Positions 1 to 9,124 are shown, numbered from the stretch's first letter. The stretch: 64,000 nt of DNA from Abditibacterium sp. (GCA_965246885.1 OZ251992.1:3392001-3456000), one strand, 5' to 3'. Notes: generated by a model from the letters alone, not told the origin. Made by a program: numbers and translations.

Positions 1-517
1 CATGCGCCACATCACAGTTTCGACGGTCGGCGTTCTGGCGGGCATCGAAAAACTGGCCCAGAAAAACTGGCAACTCACCCTCGCCATTTCGCTTCATTCC
101 CCCGACGACGCCTTGCGCCACGAGCTTATCCCGACTTCCACCAAGACCAGCGTCAAAGACATCGTCAAGTCGGCGAAAGATTACGTCGCGCGCACCGGGC
201 GGCGCGTGAGTTTTGAATACGTCGTGTTGGGCGGCGTCAACGATTCGCCCGCCCTCGCCCGCGAATTGGCGCGCTTGTGCCGGGGCTGGCCGTGCCACGT
301 CAACCTCATCCCGTGGAACGACGTTCCCGGCGCCGCTTTCGCCGGAGTGCGCCCTGACGTGCTACGAGAATTCCGCGCCATCTTAGAGCGCGCGGGCATT
401 TCCGTAACGCAACGCGTGCAACGCGGAGCGGACGTCGCGGCGGCGTGCGGGCAGTTGCGCGCGCTCCATCAACCCCTTCCAAACGGCGTGATTCCGTTGC
501 AAACTATGGAGCGATGA
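1..517 (+). CDS. rlmN: 23S rRNA/tRNA adenine C2-methyltransferase RlmN, C-terminal part (5'-truncated by window)
   Basis: Motifs LAISLHS, FEYVVLGGVNDS, HVNLIPWN and GADVAAACGQL. Confidence 0.95.
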   Translation, partial: MRHITVSTVGVLAGIEKLAQKNWQLTLAISLHSPDDALRHELIPTSTKTSVKDIVKSAKDYVARTGRRVSFEYVVLGGVNDSPALARELARLCRGWPCHVNLIPWNDVPGAAFAGVRPDVLREFRAILERAGISVTQRVQRGADVAAACGQLRALHQPLPNGVIPLQTMER

Positions 518-717
518 ACACCTCAATTCCGAGCGAAGTGCCAAAGGATTTCGAGAAGGAAATAGACGCCATGCTTGCGGGCATCGAAGAGATGCTCGCC
601 AACATCCGCCGCAACCGCGAAGAGGGCGCCATCATCATGGCCGAGGCCGACGCGATTCGCGCAGACAACGCCCTCGCGCTGAAAAGATTGGACGAAACAA
701 TCGCGCGGTGGAAATGA
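514..717 (+). CDS. small helical hypothetical protein
   Basis: ATGA overlap with the rlmN stop; MNTSIPSEVPKDFEKEID..., amphipathic helical composition. Confidence 0.65.
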   Translation: MNTSIPSEVPKDFEKEIDAMLAGIEEMLANIRRNREEGAIIMAEADAIRADNALALKRLDETIARWK

Positions 718-983
718 TGGAAAAGATATTCAACTATCTTCGCGGCGTTTTCAACATGGTTGCCGAAGTGGATCGGCTGCGTCTGGATGTCAAGACACTT
801 CAAGCTAACGACCGCAAACATGAGGACGATATCCGGTCAGTTGTCGTCCGTCTTCAATCAATGGCCGACAAGTTGGATTACAAAGAGCAAGTCCAAGCCG
901 CCGAAACGCCCGCCCTCAAAGCCGAACTGGAAGCCATCCTCCTCCGTTTCGAGCGCCGCTTGCCGCCCAATAACGCAAACTAA
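714..983 (+). CDS. small coiled-coil hypothetical protein
   Basis: ATGA overlap with the preceding stop; heptad-like VDRLRLDVKTLQ...LKAELEAILLRFE. Confidence 0.65.
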   Translation: MMEKIFNYLRGVFNMVAEVDRLRLDVKTLQANDRKHEDDIRSVVVRLQSMADKLDYKEQVQAAETPALKAELEAILLRFERRLPPNNAN

Positions 984-990
984 GGCCCGC

Positions 991-1506
991 CTATAACCAT
1001 CGTCCTGCCCACAAACCTAAGGCGGTTCCGAGCAGAGCCGAGAGAATCACTTGCCAGCCGAAGTGCGCGCGCTGTTGCCAGCGCGCCCACGCAATCAGCG
1101 CGGCTCCCCCGAACCACAGCCACAGCGTCGGGTGCGCCCGCCAGACGAGCGTCGCCAGCAGAAACGCCGGAAACGTGTGGCCCGATGGGAAGCCGGAATG
1201 AGGGTGGCGGCCCCACAGAAACTGAGGTTCTTTGCCGGGACGATGCACGTAGAAGATGTGCTTGCAACCTTGCACGACGAGCAAATCCCCCAACATCGCC
1301 AGCAACAGCCATCCGGCGCGTGCGCCGATGCCCCATTTGTTCGCCGAGAACTGCCAAAAGACCAAATACACGCACGAGACGAAAACGTAGAGGAAGTTGA
1401 AAGTGCGCGACACCCATTGACCGAAGACGAAGGGACGTTGGGCGCGCGCGGGAGTCGGCGCTTGGGGCGGGGATGGAAGCATAAGAGTCGCGGGAGGCCC
1501 TATCAT
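991..1506 (-). CDS. PAP2-family membrane phosphatase
   Basis: K-x6-RP, FPSGH and R-x5-H motifs with TM segments. Start is 1506 or 1482; the longer ORF-track start runs through a repeat array. Confidence 0.8.
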   Translation of the reverse strand: MIGPPATLMLPSPPQAPTPARAQRPFVFGQWVSRTFNFLYVFVSCVYLVFWQFSANKWGIGARAGWLLLAMLGDLLVVQGCKHIFYVHRPGKEPQFLWGRHPHSGFPSGHTFPAFLLATLVWRAHPTLWLWFGGAALIAWARWQQRAHFGWQVILSALLGTALGLWAGRWL

Positions 1507-1545
1507 TTTGCCGCACCGCGCGGAAGCGCGTCGGGGCGGCGGCGA

Positions 1546-1692
1546 CGCGATGGCTGACGTCTGTCGTCGCATGGCGGGAGTAACTCTGCGCACGGCGGAC
1601 GTCTGTCGTCGGGCGGCGGGAAGCGGCAGCGCGACGGCGGGAGTAATTCTTCGCATGGCGGACATCTCTGGCGGGACGGCGCATGTTCGTGA
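1546..1692. repeat. 21-bp-period degenerate tandem array, 7 units
   Basis: cgcgatggctgacgtctgtcg / tcgcatggcgggagtaactct / gcgcacggcggacgtctgtcg / tcgggcggcgggaagcggcag / cgcgacggcgggagtaattct / tcgcatggcggacatctctgg / cgggacggcgcatgttcgtga. Confidence 0.85.
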
Positions 1693-1757
1693 CTGGCCCA
1701 GCGCCGTCCGCCTTTTGGCGAGCGAGGGCGTTCTCCCGCCAAACTGAGGCCGATTTT

Positions 1758-3500
1758 ATGGCCGCTCCTCCCCTGCCCATTCGCCCGACCCCGCGCGCGC
1801 CGCGCGATTGGTCGGCATGGTGGCCATCCCTTCTGACGTGGGGGGTGGCACTGCTGTTTTTCGGGCCGTTTCTGATTCGCCCCGTCGTGACGGTGGTTAT
1901 CGGCGCCCTATCGCAGTTCGACCCCGTGACAAACGCGCGCACGCTCGATCTGCACTTGTTGCTGCTGCCGCTCCAGAACCCGCTTATCCGGCAAAGCGTC
2001 GTCAACTCGTTCTGGCTGGGGTTATTGGCGACTATGGTGGCGTCGCTTCTCGCGTTGCCGTTGGCGTATGCGGCGGCGCGCTTGCAGTTCGCCGGGAAGT
2101 CGTTGCTGACGGGGCTATTGCTCGTGCCACTTCTGCTTCCGCCGCTTGTGGGCGCGATTGGACTCAAGCAAATGCTGGCGCGCGAGGGGTTCATCAACAC
2201 CCTGCTTGGCCTTAACCGGCACCCGATTGAGTTTCTTAGTCCGCGCTTTTTGGATGGGCACGGGCCACTACTGATGGTCGTCATCGTGGCGGCCCTGCAC
2301 CTCTACCCGCTCGTGTATCTGAACCTGTCGGCGGCGTGGGCGAACGTGGATTCGTCGCTCGAAGAAGCCGCCGAGAACTTGGGCGCCAACCCCGCGAGGG
2401 TGTTTTGGACAGTAACGCTGCCGCTCCTTCTGCCCGGTTTTCTAAGCGGCGCCTTGATTGTGTTCATCTTCGCGTTCACAGACTTGGGCACTCCGTTAGT
2501 TTTCGGGTTCACCAAAGTCGCGGCGGTGCAAATCTTCAACTTGCGCTCGGATACGAGTGACCCGACGGGCTACGTTCTGGCGCTGTATCTGGTCGTTCTG
2601 GCGGCGGGGGTGTTTTGGGTATCGCGGCGCTTTCTGGGTGGAGGGCGCATCGCAACGCTGGCGCGCGGCACGCGGCGGGCGCGCGAAACGAGGCCATCTT
2701 TGCCGGTGCTTCTACTGGTCTACGCCCTGTTTGCGGCGGTGATTGGGCTGTCGCTGTTGCCGCACTTCGGGGTGGTGTTGGGCGCGTTCGCGCACGATTG
2801 GACGAGCCGCCTGTGGCCGCAGTGGACGACGGAAAACTTCGCGTTTCTGGCGTCCGATGAGGGCGCGCGCAACTCGGTGAAGATTTCCCTGCTTTGCGCG
2901 ACGGCTTCGATGCTGTTGGATGTGATGGGTGGTTTTGCCCTCGCGTATGCGCTTGTGCGCGGTAAGGTGTGGGCACGGGGGCTGTTGGACACCCTCGCCA
3001 TGTTGCCCCTCGCCTTACCCGGATTGATACTGGCATTTGGGCTGCTGGTGTCGTATCGCTATTCGGCGCTCGACCCGATTCGCAACCCCTTTCCGCTCTT
3101 GATCGTGGCGTACACGATCAGACGGTTGCCGTATGCGCTCCGCTCCATTGCTTCCGGGCTGGAACAAATGAGCGTGTCGCTCGAAGAAGCAAGCGCGAAC
3201 ATGGGCGCCTCGCCGTTGCAAACGGTGTGGAACATCACGCGCCCGCTTGTGGGGGCGAACATCCTCGCGGCGGGATTGCTCGCGTTCGCTTTTGCGGTCT
3301 TGGAAGTATCCGACTCGCTCGTGCTGGCGTCGTCTTCCAATCAGGTGCCCATCGCGCAAGAAATATATAACCTCAATACCAGTGCCAAGATGTTCCCGGC
3401 GTGCGCGCTGGGCGTGGTGGGAATGGCGCTGCTGACCGTCACGTTTCTATGCGTCAACCGGGTATTGGGCAAGCAACTGGGCGCGCTGTTTCGGGCGTGA
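1758..3500 (+). CDS. Fe3+/thiamine-type ABC transporter permease (two fused TM domains)
   Basis: Two EAA loops (LEEAAENLGA, LEEASANMGA) and many TM helices. Confidence 0.9.
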   Translation: MAAPPLPIRPTPRAPRDWSAWWPSLLTWGVALLFFGPFLIRPVVTVVIGALSQFDPVTNARTLDLHLLLLPLQNPLIRQSVVNSFWLGLLATMVASLLALPLAYAAARLQFAGKSLLTGLLLVPLLLPPLVGAIGLKQMLAREGFINTLLGLNRHPIEFLSPRFLDGHGPLLMVVIVAALHLYPLVYLNLSAAWANVDSSLEEAAENLGANPARVFWTVTLPLLLPGFLSGALIVFIFAFTDLGTPLVFGFTKVAAVQIFNLRSDTSDPTGYVLALYLVVLAAGVFWVSRRFLGGGRIATLARGTRRARETRPSLPVLLLVYALFAAVIGLSLLPHFGVVLGAFAHDWTSRLWPQWTTENFAFLASDEGARNSVKISLLCATASMLLDVMGGFALAYALVRGKVWARGLLDTLAMLPLALPGLILAFGLLVSYRYSALDPIRNPFPLLIVAYTIRRLPYALRSIASGLEQMSVSLEEASANMGASPLQTVWNITRPLVGANILAAGLLAFAFAVLEVSDSLVLASSSNQVPIAQEIYNLNTSAKMFPACALGVVGMALLTVTFLCVNRVLGKQLGALFRA

Positions 3501-3578
3501 GAACGAGCGGGAACTTTAAACCGCAAATCGGCACAAACGGTGAAAGGTAAACTGGACTTATGAGCGAGGTATTCCCCT

Positions 3579-4613
3579 GTGGCCGATGAGTTTGTTGACT
3601 TCTACGAAGCGTTAGAATTGCCGATGGACGCGGATCGGAAGGAGGTGCGGCGGCGCATTAACGAGGTCTACCTCGAAGCGCAGCGCAACCTCGACCACCG
3701 CGACTTCAAGCAGCGCATCAAGCATCAGGAGATGTTCGAGATGGTGCTTCCGCGCGCCCGCTACATCCTGCTCGACGAAGGAAGGCGTGACGACTACGAC
3801 CGTCTGGTGGCGGCGTCGCGCTCGGCGGGAGCGGCCATCGCACCGCCTGCGAGCGCGCCCGCACCCGCGCCGGGAACGGATTTGGGGCAGGGCAACGCGG
3901 CGGGGTTCCGCTTGGCGCCCGCCGAAACCAACGGCGCCATGCCCGGCAAAGCGCCCTCGGTCGAAGGGTTGCCCACGTCGTCACTCGACCCCGCGCAAGT
4001 CGCCAAGCAACGCGACGAGATGTGGGCCAAGTGGAAGTCGGGCCTTGAAGCCGCCATCGCGCGCGACGAATCTTCTCCCAAAGCCGACGCGCCCCGGCCC
4101 GCGTCCGCCCCATCCCAAAACCCTGAGCCGCCCGCGCCACGTCCGCCCCGCGCGCCCGCTTCGGCAGTGGCGTTCGACTTCGGCAAAGCTCAAATACAGC
4201 CTTCGGCGGCGGCGTTGGCGGCTGCCGCCCAAGCGCAAGCCGAAGCGGAAGAAGAAACCGTGCGCAAAGCGGCGCTCGAACTCGAAGAGCAAAAAACCGA
4301 GCGCAAGCGCGCGGTGATGAAAGACGTGCTGGCAGGCGTCGGAATGAAGGGGCTGATGATCGGCGGCCTTGGCACCGCCGTGCCACTGGGCGCTTTGCTC
4401 ATCTTCGGCATGAACCACCTTTATCCGAGCACCGGCGAGCCGCTCACGAAATTTCCGGCGCCTTTGGCGTGGGTGTTGGGATTGGCCGCCATCGGCGGCG
4501 CCGCCTTTTTCGCCGCGAAAGCGCTGTCCAAGAACATGCGCCGCAAGACTTCGATGGAACTGTCGGCCCTGCCCATTGAGGAGTTACTGCGCAAAGTCGG
4601 GCGCTCGTATTAG
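3579..4613 (+). CDS. J-domain-like protein with Pro/Ala linker and two C-terminal TM helices
   Basis: N-terminal DFYEALEL...ARYILLDEGRRDDYD resembles a DnaJ domain; HRD instead of HPD. Confidence 0.7.
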   Translation: MADEFVDFYEALELPMDADRKEVRRRINEVYLEAQRNLDHRDFKQRIKHQEMFEMVLPRARYILLDEGRRDDYDRLVAASRSAGAAIAPPASAPAPAPGTDLGQGNAAGFRLAPAETNGAMPGKAPSVEGLPTSSLDPAQVAKQRDEMWAKWKSGLEAAIARDESSPKADAPRPASAPSQNPEPPAPRPPRAPASAVAFDFGKAQIQPSAAALAAAAQAQAEAEEETVRKAALELEEQKTERKRAVMKDVLAGVGMKGLMIGGLGTAVPLGALLIFGMNHLYPSTGEPLTKFPAPLAWVLGLAAIGGAAFFAAKALSKNMRRKTSMELSALPIEELLRKVGRSY

Positions 4614-4697
4614 AAGCGAATGAATTCGCGTCAACCTTCGTTGACGCGCTGTGTCGGCGAAGGCCGACATTTCCGCTGGCTGCGAATTCATTCGCTT
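4614..4697. repeat. REP-like element with terminal inverted repeats and two inner hairpins
   Basis: aagcgaatgaattcgc (4614-4629) pairs with gcgaattcattcgctt (4682-4697); inner hairpins cgcgtcaac-cttc-gttgacgcg and tgtcggc-gaag-gccgaca; related copy at 61103. Confidence 0.8.
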
Positions 4698-4705
4698 TCA
4701 ATCGT

Positions 4706-4734
4706 GAACATTTCGCGCCCGTCGCGCCATCCAA
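4706..4734 (+). promoter_or_regulatory. putative ECF-sigma autoregulatory promoter GAAC-N18-CATCCAA
   Basis: Same elements and spacing at 29381-29409 upstream of the paralogous sigma; 8 nt before ATG 4743. Confidence 0.7.
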
Positions 4735-4742
4735 GGGAGTGT

Positions 4743-5330
4743 ATGTCGCGCTCCCTCACTTGGCCCCGGCTCGCGCGGCGCTGTCTCAGCGAAAGCGCCG
4801 AAGCGGACATCCTGCGCCGCGCGCAAAATGGTGAGCGCGAAGCGGTCGCGCTCTTGTTCAATCGCTCGCGCGAGCGCATTGTGGCGCTGTGCTTCCAGAT
4901 TCTACGTGACCGCGACGGCGCCGAGGACGCGGCCCAAGAAGTTCTGCTGCGCGCCTTTGACAAGATGCCGCTTTTTCGCGGCGAAAGCGAGTTCTCGACG
5001 TGGCTGTATCGCTTGGCGCTCAACCACTGCTTGGAGCAAAGCCGCAAAGCCACGCGCCGCGCCGGGTTGGACGCGACGGCTCTTGATGCCCCGCACTCTA
5101 CGCCCGACATCGCGGCGCAAGTCGAAACGCGCATGGCGCTCGAGCGGGCGCTGGATCAACTCGACGAAACCCCGCGCCTGATGCTGGTGCTGCGCGAGTG
5201 GCACGAACTTTCTTACGAAGAGATCGCCGCCATCTTGCGCGTGCCCGTCGGGACGGTGAAGTCGCGCCTGAGCCATGCGCGCCGCGATTTCCGCCGCTGT
5301 TGGGAAGCGGACAACGGGGAGGAGGCATGA
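4743..5330 (+). CDS. ECF RNA polymerase sigma factor
   Basis: Region 2 AEDAAQEVLLRAF...FSTWLYRLA; region 4 LSYEEIAAILRVPVGTVKSRLSHAR. Confidence 0.95.
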   Translation: MSRSLTWPRLARRCLSESAEADILRRAQNGEREAVALLFNRSRERIVALCFQILRDRDGAEDAAQEVLLRAFDKMPLFRGESEFSTWLYRLALNHCLEQSRKATRRAGLDATALDAPHSTPDIAAQVETRMALERALDQLDETPRLMLVLREWHELSYEEIAAILRVPVGTVKSRLSHARRDFRRCWEADNGEEA

Positions 5331-5812
5331 CCGACCCGCGCCCCAACGCCGCCCCAACGCCCGAAGAAGAAGCCGAGTGGCCCGCACCCATCCGCGCCGC
5401 CTTTGACGCCTACCCGCAACACGCGCCAGACGCCGCCTTCGACGCCCGCTTTTGGCGCGGACTGCCCGCGCGCCGCGCGCGCTATCGCGGCTTCTGGGGC
5501 TTCTTGCGGCGCTTGGTGGAGGTGGAAATAGAAGGCGTCGCCGTGTGGCGCTTGGGCGCTTCGATGCTCGGCGGCGCAGCGTTTTGCGCGGTCGGCCTTA
5601 ATGTTTGCGGCGCGCGCGTGTCGCCATCACCGGCGCCCGTTGCCGCCCCCGTCGCGCTCGCGGCGAATGAAATCCCCCACGCGGGGCCGCGCTTTGCCCG
5701 CTCCCCGCCCCTTGACGGCTTCCCCTTACGCCTGCACGCGCCGCGCTTTTCTTACCCGACCGACAAACCCAAGGAGGTTTCATGCACGCACTCCGCAAAC
5801 GGCTTGGCCTGA
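5327..5812 (+). CDS. putative anti-sigma factor (single TM)
   Basis: ATGA-coupled to the sigma with GGAGG RBS; similar to 29988..30341 (RAAFDAYP vs RSAFEAYP). Confidence 0.65.
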   Translation: MTDPRPNAAPTPEEEAEWPAPIRAAFDAYPQHAPDAAFDARFWRGLPARRARYRGFWGFLRRLVEVEIEGVAVWRLGASMLGGAAFCAVGLNVCGARVSPSPAPVAAPVALAANEIPHAGPRFARSPPLDGFPLRLHAPRFSYPTDKPKEVSCTHSANGLA

Positions 5813-8127
5813 TTTTGTTCTCCGCCATCTGGCTGTCCGTCCTGCTCGTCCCCGTCTGGCGCTGGCGCGCGGGCAACCAGATACGCGAGGTGCAGAACGG
5901 CTTCGACTTCTCGGCGGGCCTCTCTCCCGCCTTGCAGCAAGAGGCCGCCCGCCGCTTTCCCGATGACCCCGCCGCCCAGTTCGCGCCCCTGCGCGGGTTT
6001 AGTCAGCAAGCCTTGGTGAGAGAATACAGCGCCCAACCGCACGACGCGGCGAAACTCAGCGCCCTCGTAGCGCGCTACTTCGGGCGCTACGACGCACTGC
6101 AACGCCGCTTTCCCGACGCCAACTTCGGGCGCATCCAACGTCTGCGCGACACCTGCATCGGCGGGTTCGCTTTAGACGAAGGGCCAGTCGAGGCGCCTAA
6201 TGCGGCAAATGCTCCTCTCCTACCCGGTGCTGTTCCAACACCCCGCCCGACTCCTTGGTTTCCGCCCGCCCAGCGCGAAGCGGCGCTCTCCGTCGCGCGT
6301 GAGGGCGCGCGGCGCGACCCAAACAACGGCTTCTTTCCTTGGATGGAGGCTATCTTGGAGTTCTCCTTCCGGCGCAACGACAACGCCTTGCGCGCGTTGC
6401 AAGTCGCGGGCGGTTGCAAGGGTTGGGACGACGACACCCTCGGCACGCCGCGCCGCCGCTTGGGGGTGTTGAGACGCCTGCGCTTCGTGGCGAGCGAAGA
6501 CCCAGTTTCCGAGTGGTATTCGATGCTGCTCCCGCACTTCGCGGCGATGCGCTCTGCCTCGCGCGCCGCACTGTGGCAAGCCAAGCAAGCGCGGGCGCGC
6601 GGCGATAACCGGCGGGCGTGGCAGATCATCGGCTCGCTCCAGCGCGCGGCGGGCGTGTTGGCGACGCGCTCCAATAGTTCAGTTCTGTCCCGTCTCGTCG
6701 GCGAAGCCATCTGCGTCAACACGTGGAGTTTCGCGCTCACGGGGCAGGTCGCGCCGCCGCCTATGCCTTATGAGACTACGTTCTATCACACGCCGCAAAT
6801 GGTGCAGGAGCGGGAGGCGTTCAACCGCGCGTTGGCGGCGCGGTTCGCGGCGGACGCGAGCGCGCAAGGCTACGGCGACTTGGCGCGGGAAGCGCGCGAG
6901 TTAGTGGCGCAGATGGACGGCGAGCGGTTGCAGGCGTCCTACAGCTTGCAACCACCCGCGCCCCCAATTCCTTGGGTGCGCACGATAGGAGAGTTTGGCC
7001 GCGCCTACTACCTGAACACGCTGTCGCTGCGCTATGTCCTGTTCGCGGCGCCGTTGTGGGCGGTGTGCGCGTTGCTGACCAAGGGGCGCGAGGAGTTGAC
7101 CGCGCGCACACTGCGCCGCTCGCTGCTGCTTTCGATGTGCGGGGCGGGGATTTGCGCTTATGTGTTCGTCTTGCTGTGGACGCACCAACTGGGCGACTGG
7201 ATTTTCCTGCTACCTGACGGGAGAACGATGAATGGCTTCCCGGGTGTTTCTCTGCCGGGGTCGCTGGCTCCTTTCGCACTGCCCTTCGAGGCGTGGGCGA
7301 TGGGAAGCATGGTGTGGTGGGTGCTGCGGCACACGCCTTGGAAGCGGCTGGGGCAATGGACGCGAAGGGAGTTCTCGCGAAGGGAGTTCTCGCGGAGGCC
7401 GCGTTTGGCGTGGGCACCGGTGCGCCCGGTGCGGGTTCTGCTTTTGGTGCTGGGCGGCTTGCTGCTCCTCGCGGCGTGGGCGGCGTGGCAACAAGGCGCG
7501 GATGTGGCGGCGTTTTTGTGGAGCGAGAATGGGAACATCGTCCTCGTGCCCGCGCTGTGCGCGGCGTTGGGCGTGAGCGTGTGGCGGACGCCTTGGAAGC
7601 GGCTGGCGCAGTGGGCGTTCGCGCTCAGGCCGCGCTTGTCGAGGGGGCCGATGCGTCCCCTGTGGGTGCTGCTGATGGCGTTGGGCGCGCTGTCTTTGCT
7701 CGCGGCGGGGGCGGCGTGGCGCGAGGCGCCGGGTGTCGTGGCAGTTTTGTGGAGCGAGAACGGGAACACCCTTCTCCTTGCCGCATTGGGCGGAGTGTTG
7801 GCCGGGAGCGTGTGGCTGCTGCTGACTGGCAGGGCAAAACGGACGGCGCAGAGATGGCGAGTCGCGGCGTCCAAGTTAGGTTTGGCGGGGTGGGTGCGCT
7901 GGGGAGCGCCGTTGTGGGCTTGGGCATTGCGCGGGGTGGTGCAGTTGGCGGCGTGGCTGCGGCCCGCGTGCGCGGTCATTGCGCTGATGGCGTCGCTGGT
8001 CTACTTTGCTTTGTCGCTCACGACGCTACCGACGGAGCGGACGGCCAAAGCGCAGTTGGGGCACATGTTCGAGATCGGCGAAGCGGCGTTTTTGCGGGAG
8101 CAATTGGGGGCGCGAACGCGCCCTTGA
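5782..8127 (+). CDS. large membrane protein: N-terminal anchor, helical extracytoplasmic domain, multi-TM C-terminus
   Basis: 781-aa ORF with AGGAGG RBS; paralog of 30360..32450 (DPNNGFFPWMEA vs EPDNSFWPWMEA). Confidence 0.8.
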   Translation: MHALRKRLGLILFSAIWLSVLLVPVWRWRAGNQIREVQNGFDFSAGLSPALQQEAARRFPDDPAAQFAPLRGFSQQALVREYSAQPHDAAKLSALVARYFGRYDALQRRFPDANFGRIQRLRDTCIGGFALDEGPVEAPNAANAPLLPGAVPTPRPTPWFPPAQREAALSVAREGARRDPNNGFFPWMEAILEFSFRRNDNALRALQVAGGCKGWDDDTLGTPRRRLGVLRRLRFVASEDPVSEWYSMLLPHFAAMRSASRAALWQAKQARARGDNRRAWQIIGSLQRAAGVLATRSNSSVLSRLVGEAICVNTWSFALTGQVAPPPMPYETTFYHTPQMVQEREAFNRALAARFAADASAQGYGDLAREARELVAQMDGERLQASYSLQPPAPPIPWVRTIGEFGRAYYLNTLSLRYVLFAAPLWAVCALLTKGREELTARTLRRSLLLSMCGAGICAYVFVLLWTHQLGDWIFLLPDGRTMNGFPGVSLPGSLAPFALPFEAWAMGSMVWWVLRHTPWKRLGQWTRREFSRREFSRRPRLAWAPVRPVRVLLLVLGGLLLLAAWAAWQQGADVAAFLWSENGNIVLVPALCAALGVSVWRTPWKRLAQWAFALRPRLSRGPMRPLWVLLMALGALSLLAAGAAWREAPGVVAVLWSENGNTLLLAALGGVLAGSVWLLLTGRAKRTAQRWRVAASKLGLAGWVRWGAPLWAWALRGVVQLAAWLRPACAVIALMASLVYFALSLTTLPTERTAKAQLGHMFEIGEAAFLREQLGARTRP
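7333..7818 (+). repeat. intragenic tandem duplication (255 + 231 bp) containing a 15-bp microduplication
   Basis: acgccttggaagcggctg at 7333 and 7588; LWSENGN twice; cgcgaagggagttct x2 at 7361-7390. Confidence 0.85.
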
Positions 8128-8141
8128 CGCGCGGCGGCGGC

Positions 8142-9104
8142 TCAGGGTTTCAGGACGATTTTGCCGTGTGACCCGGCTTCCAAGACGGCGCGGTGGGCGT
8201 CGGGGGCTTGGGCGAGGGTGAAGCGGCGCGGGTCAATGACGGGCTTGAGGGCGCCGCTTTCGAGACCTTCGACGAGCGAGGCATAAATGGCGCGCAGTTC
8301 GGGGCGGGGGGTATTGAAGAGAGTCATGCCGTAGAGGACGGCGTCGCGGGCCATCCAGTCGCGCGGGTTCACCTCGACTTTGCCCCTGCTGCCGATGACG
8401 ACGATGCGGCCAAAGGGCGCGAGCACTTCCGGGTCGGTGCCGAGGTTTTGGTTGGCCAGCATCTCCAAGATAATGTCGAAGCCGCGCCCGCACGTCATGC
8501 CAATCACGTCGGACAAGTAGTTGGGCGCGTTGTGGTCGGTGGTGTATTTGAGGCCAAGCGACGCGAGGAAGCGCTCGCCGGAGGGACTTCCGGCGCTGCC
8601 GCCAACTGTGAGACCCGCCGCGCGCGCGAGTTGAATGGCCGCCACGCCCACGCCGCCGGTCGCGCCGTGAACGAAGACGGTCTCGCCCGCCTTGGCGCCT
8701 GCTTTGCCAAACAAAGCGCGGTGCGCCGTCGCGTACGGGACGCCCAAAGCCGCGCCTTGCTCAAAGCTGACCTCATCGGGCAAGCGAAACACCATATCCG
8801 CTTCGCATAGCGTCAGTTGCGCATACGTGCCCGACAGACTGCGCGCGATAAAGACGCGGTCGCCGACTTGCCACTCCGCACCCGCGCCGACTTCGGCGAT
8901 CGTGCCCGCGCCGTCGCTTCCGGGGGTGTAGGGCAACGCCGCTTTCATCGGGTATTTGCCGGAGCGGACATAAGTTTCGACGGGGTTAACGCCCGCCGCC
9001 GCCACTTTAACGACGACCTGACCTTCCCCGGCACGCGGGTCGGCGACTTCTTCGAGGTGGAGAACGTCCGGCTCGCCGGTTTTATGAACGCGAATGGCTT
9101 GCAT
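8142..9104 (-). CDS. qor: NADPH:quinone oxidoreductase (zeta-crystallin/MDR family)
   Basis: MQAIRVHKTG, GVNPVE, PYTPGSDGAG, VHGATGGVG and GKIVL motifs. Confidence 0.9.
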   Translation of the reverse strand: MQAIRVHKTGEPDVLHLEEVADPRAGEGQVVVKVAAAGVNPVETYVRSGKYPMKAALPYTPGSDGAGTIAEVGAGAEWQVGDRVFIARSLSGTYAQLTLCEADMVFRLPDEVSFEQGAALGVPYATAHRALFGKAGAKAGETVFVHGATGGVGVAAIQLARAAGLTVGGSAGSPSGERFLASLGLKYTTDHNAPNYLSDVIGMTCGRGFDIILEMLANQNLGTDPEVLAPFGRIVVIGSRGKVEVNPRDWMARDAVLYGMTLFNTPRPELRAIYASLVEGLESGALKPVIDPRRFTLAQAPDAHRAVLEAGSHGKIVLKP

Positions 9105-9124
9105 GGGTTTATTGTTGATAGCGC

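Noticed and set aside
3510..3540. Third copy of the ECF promoter (GGAACTTT) upstream of the J-like gene
   Set aside because: No CATCCAA at the 18-nt spacing
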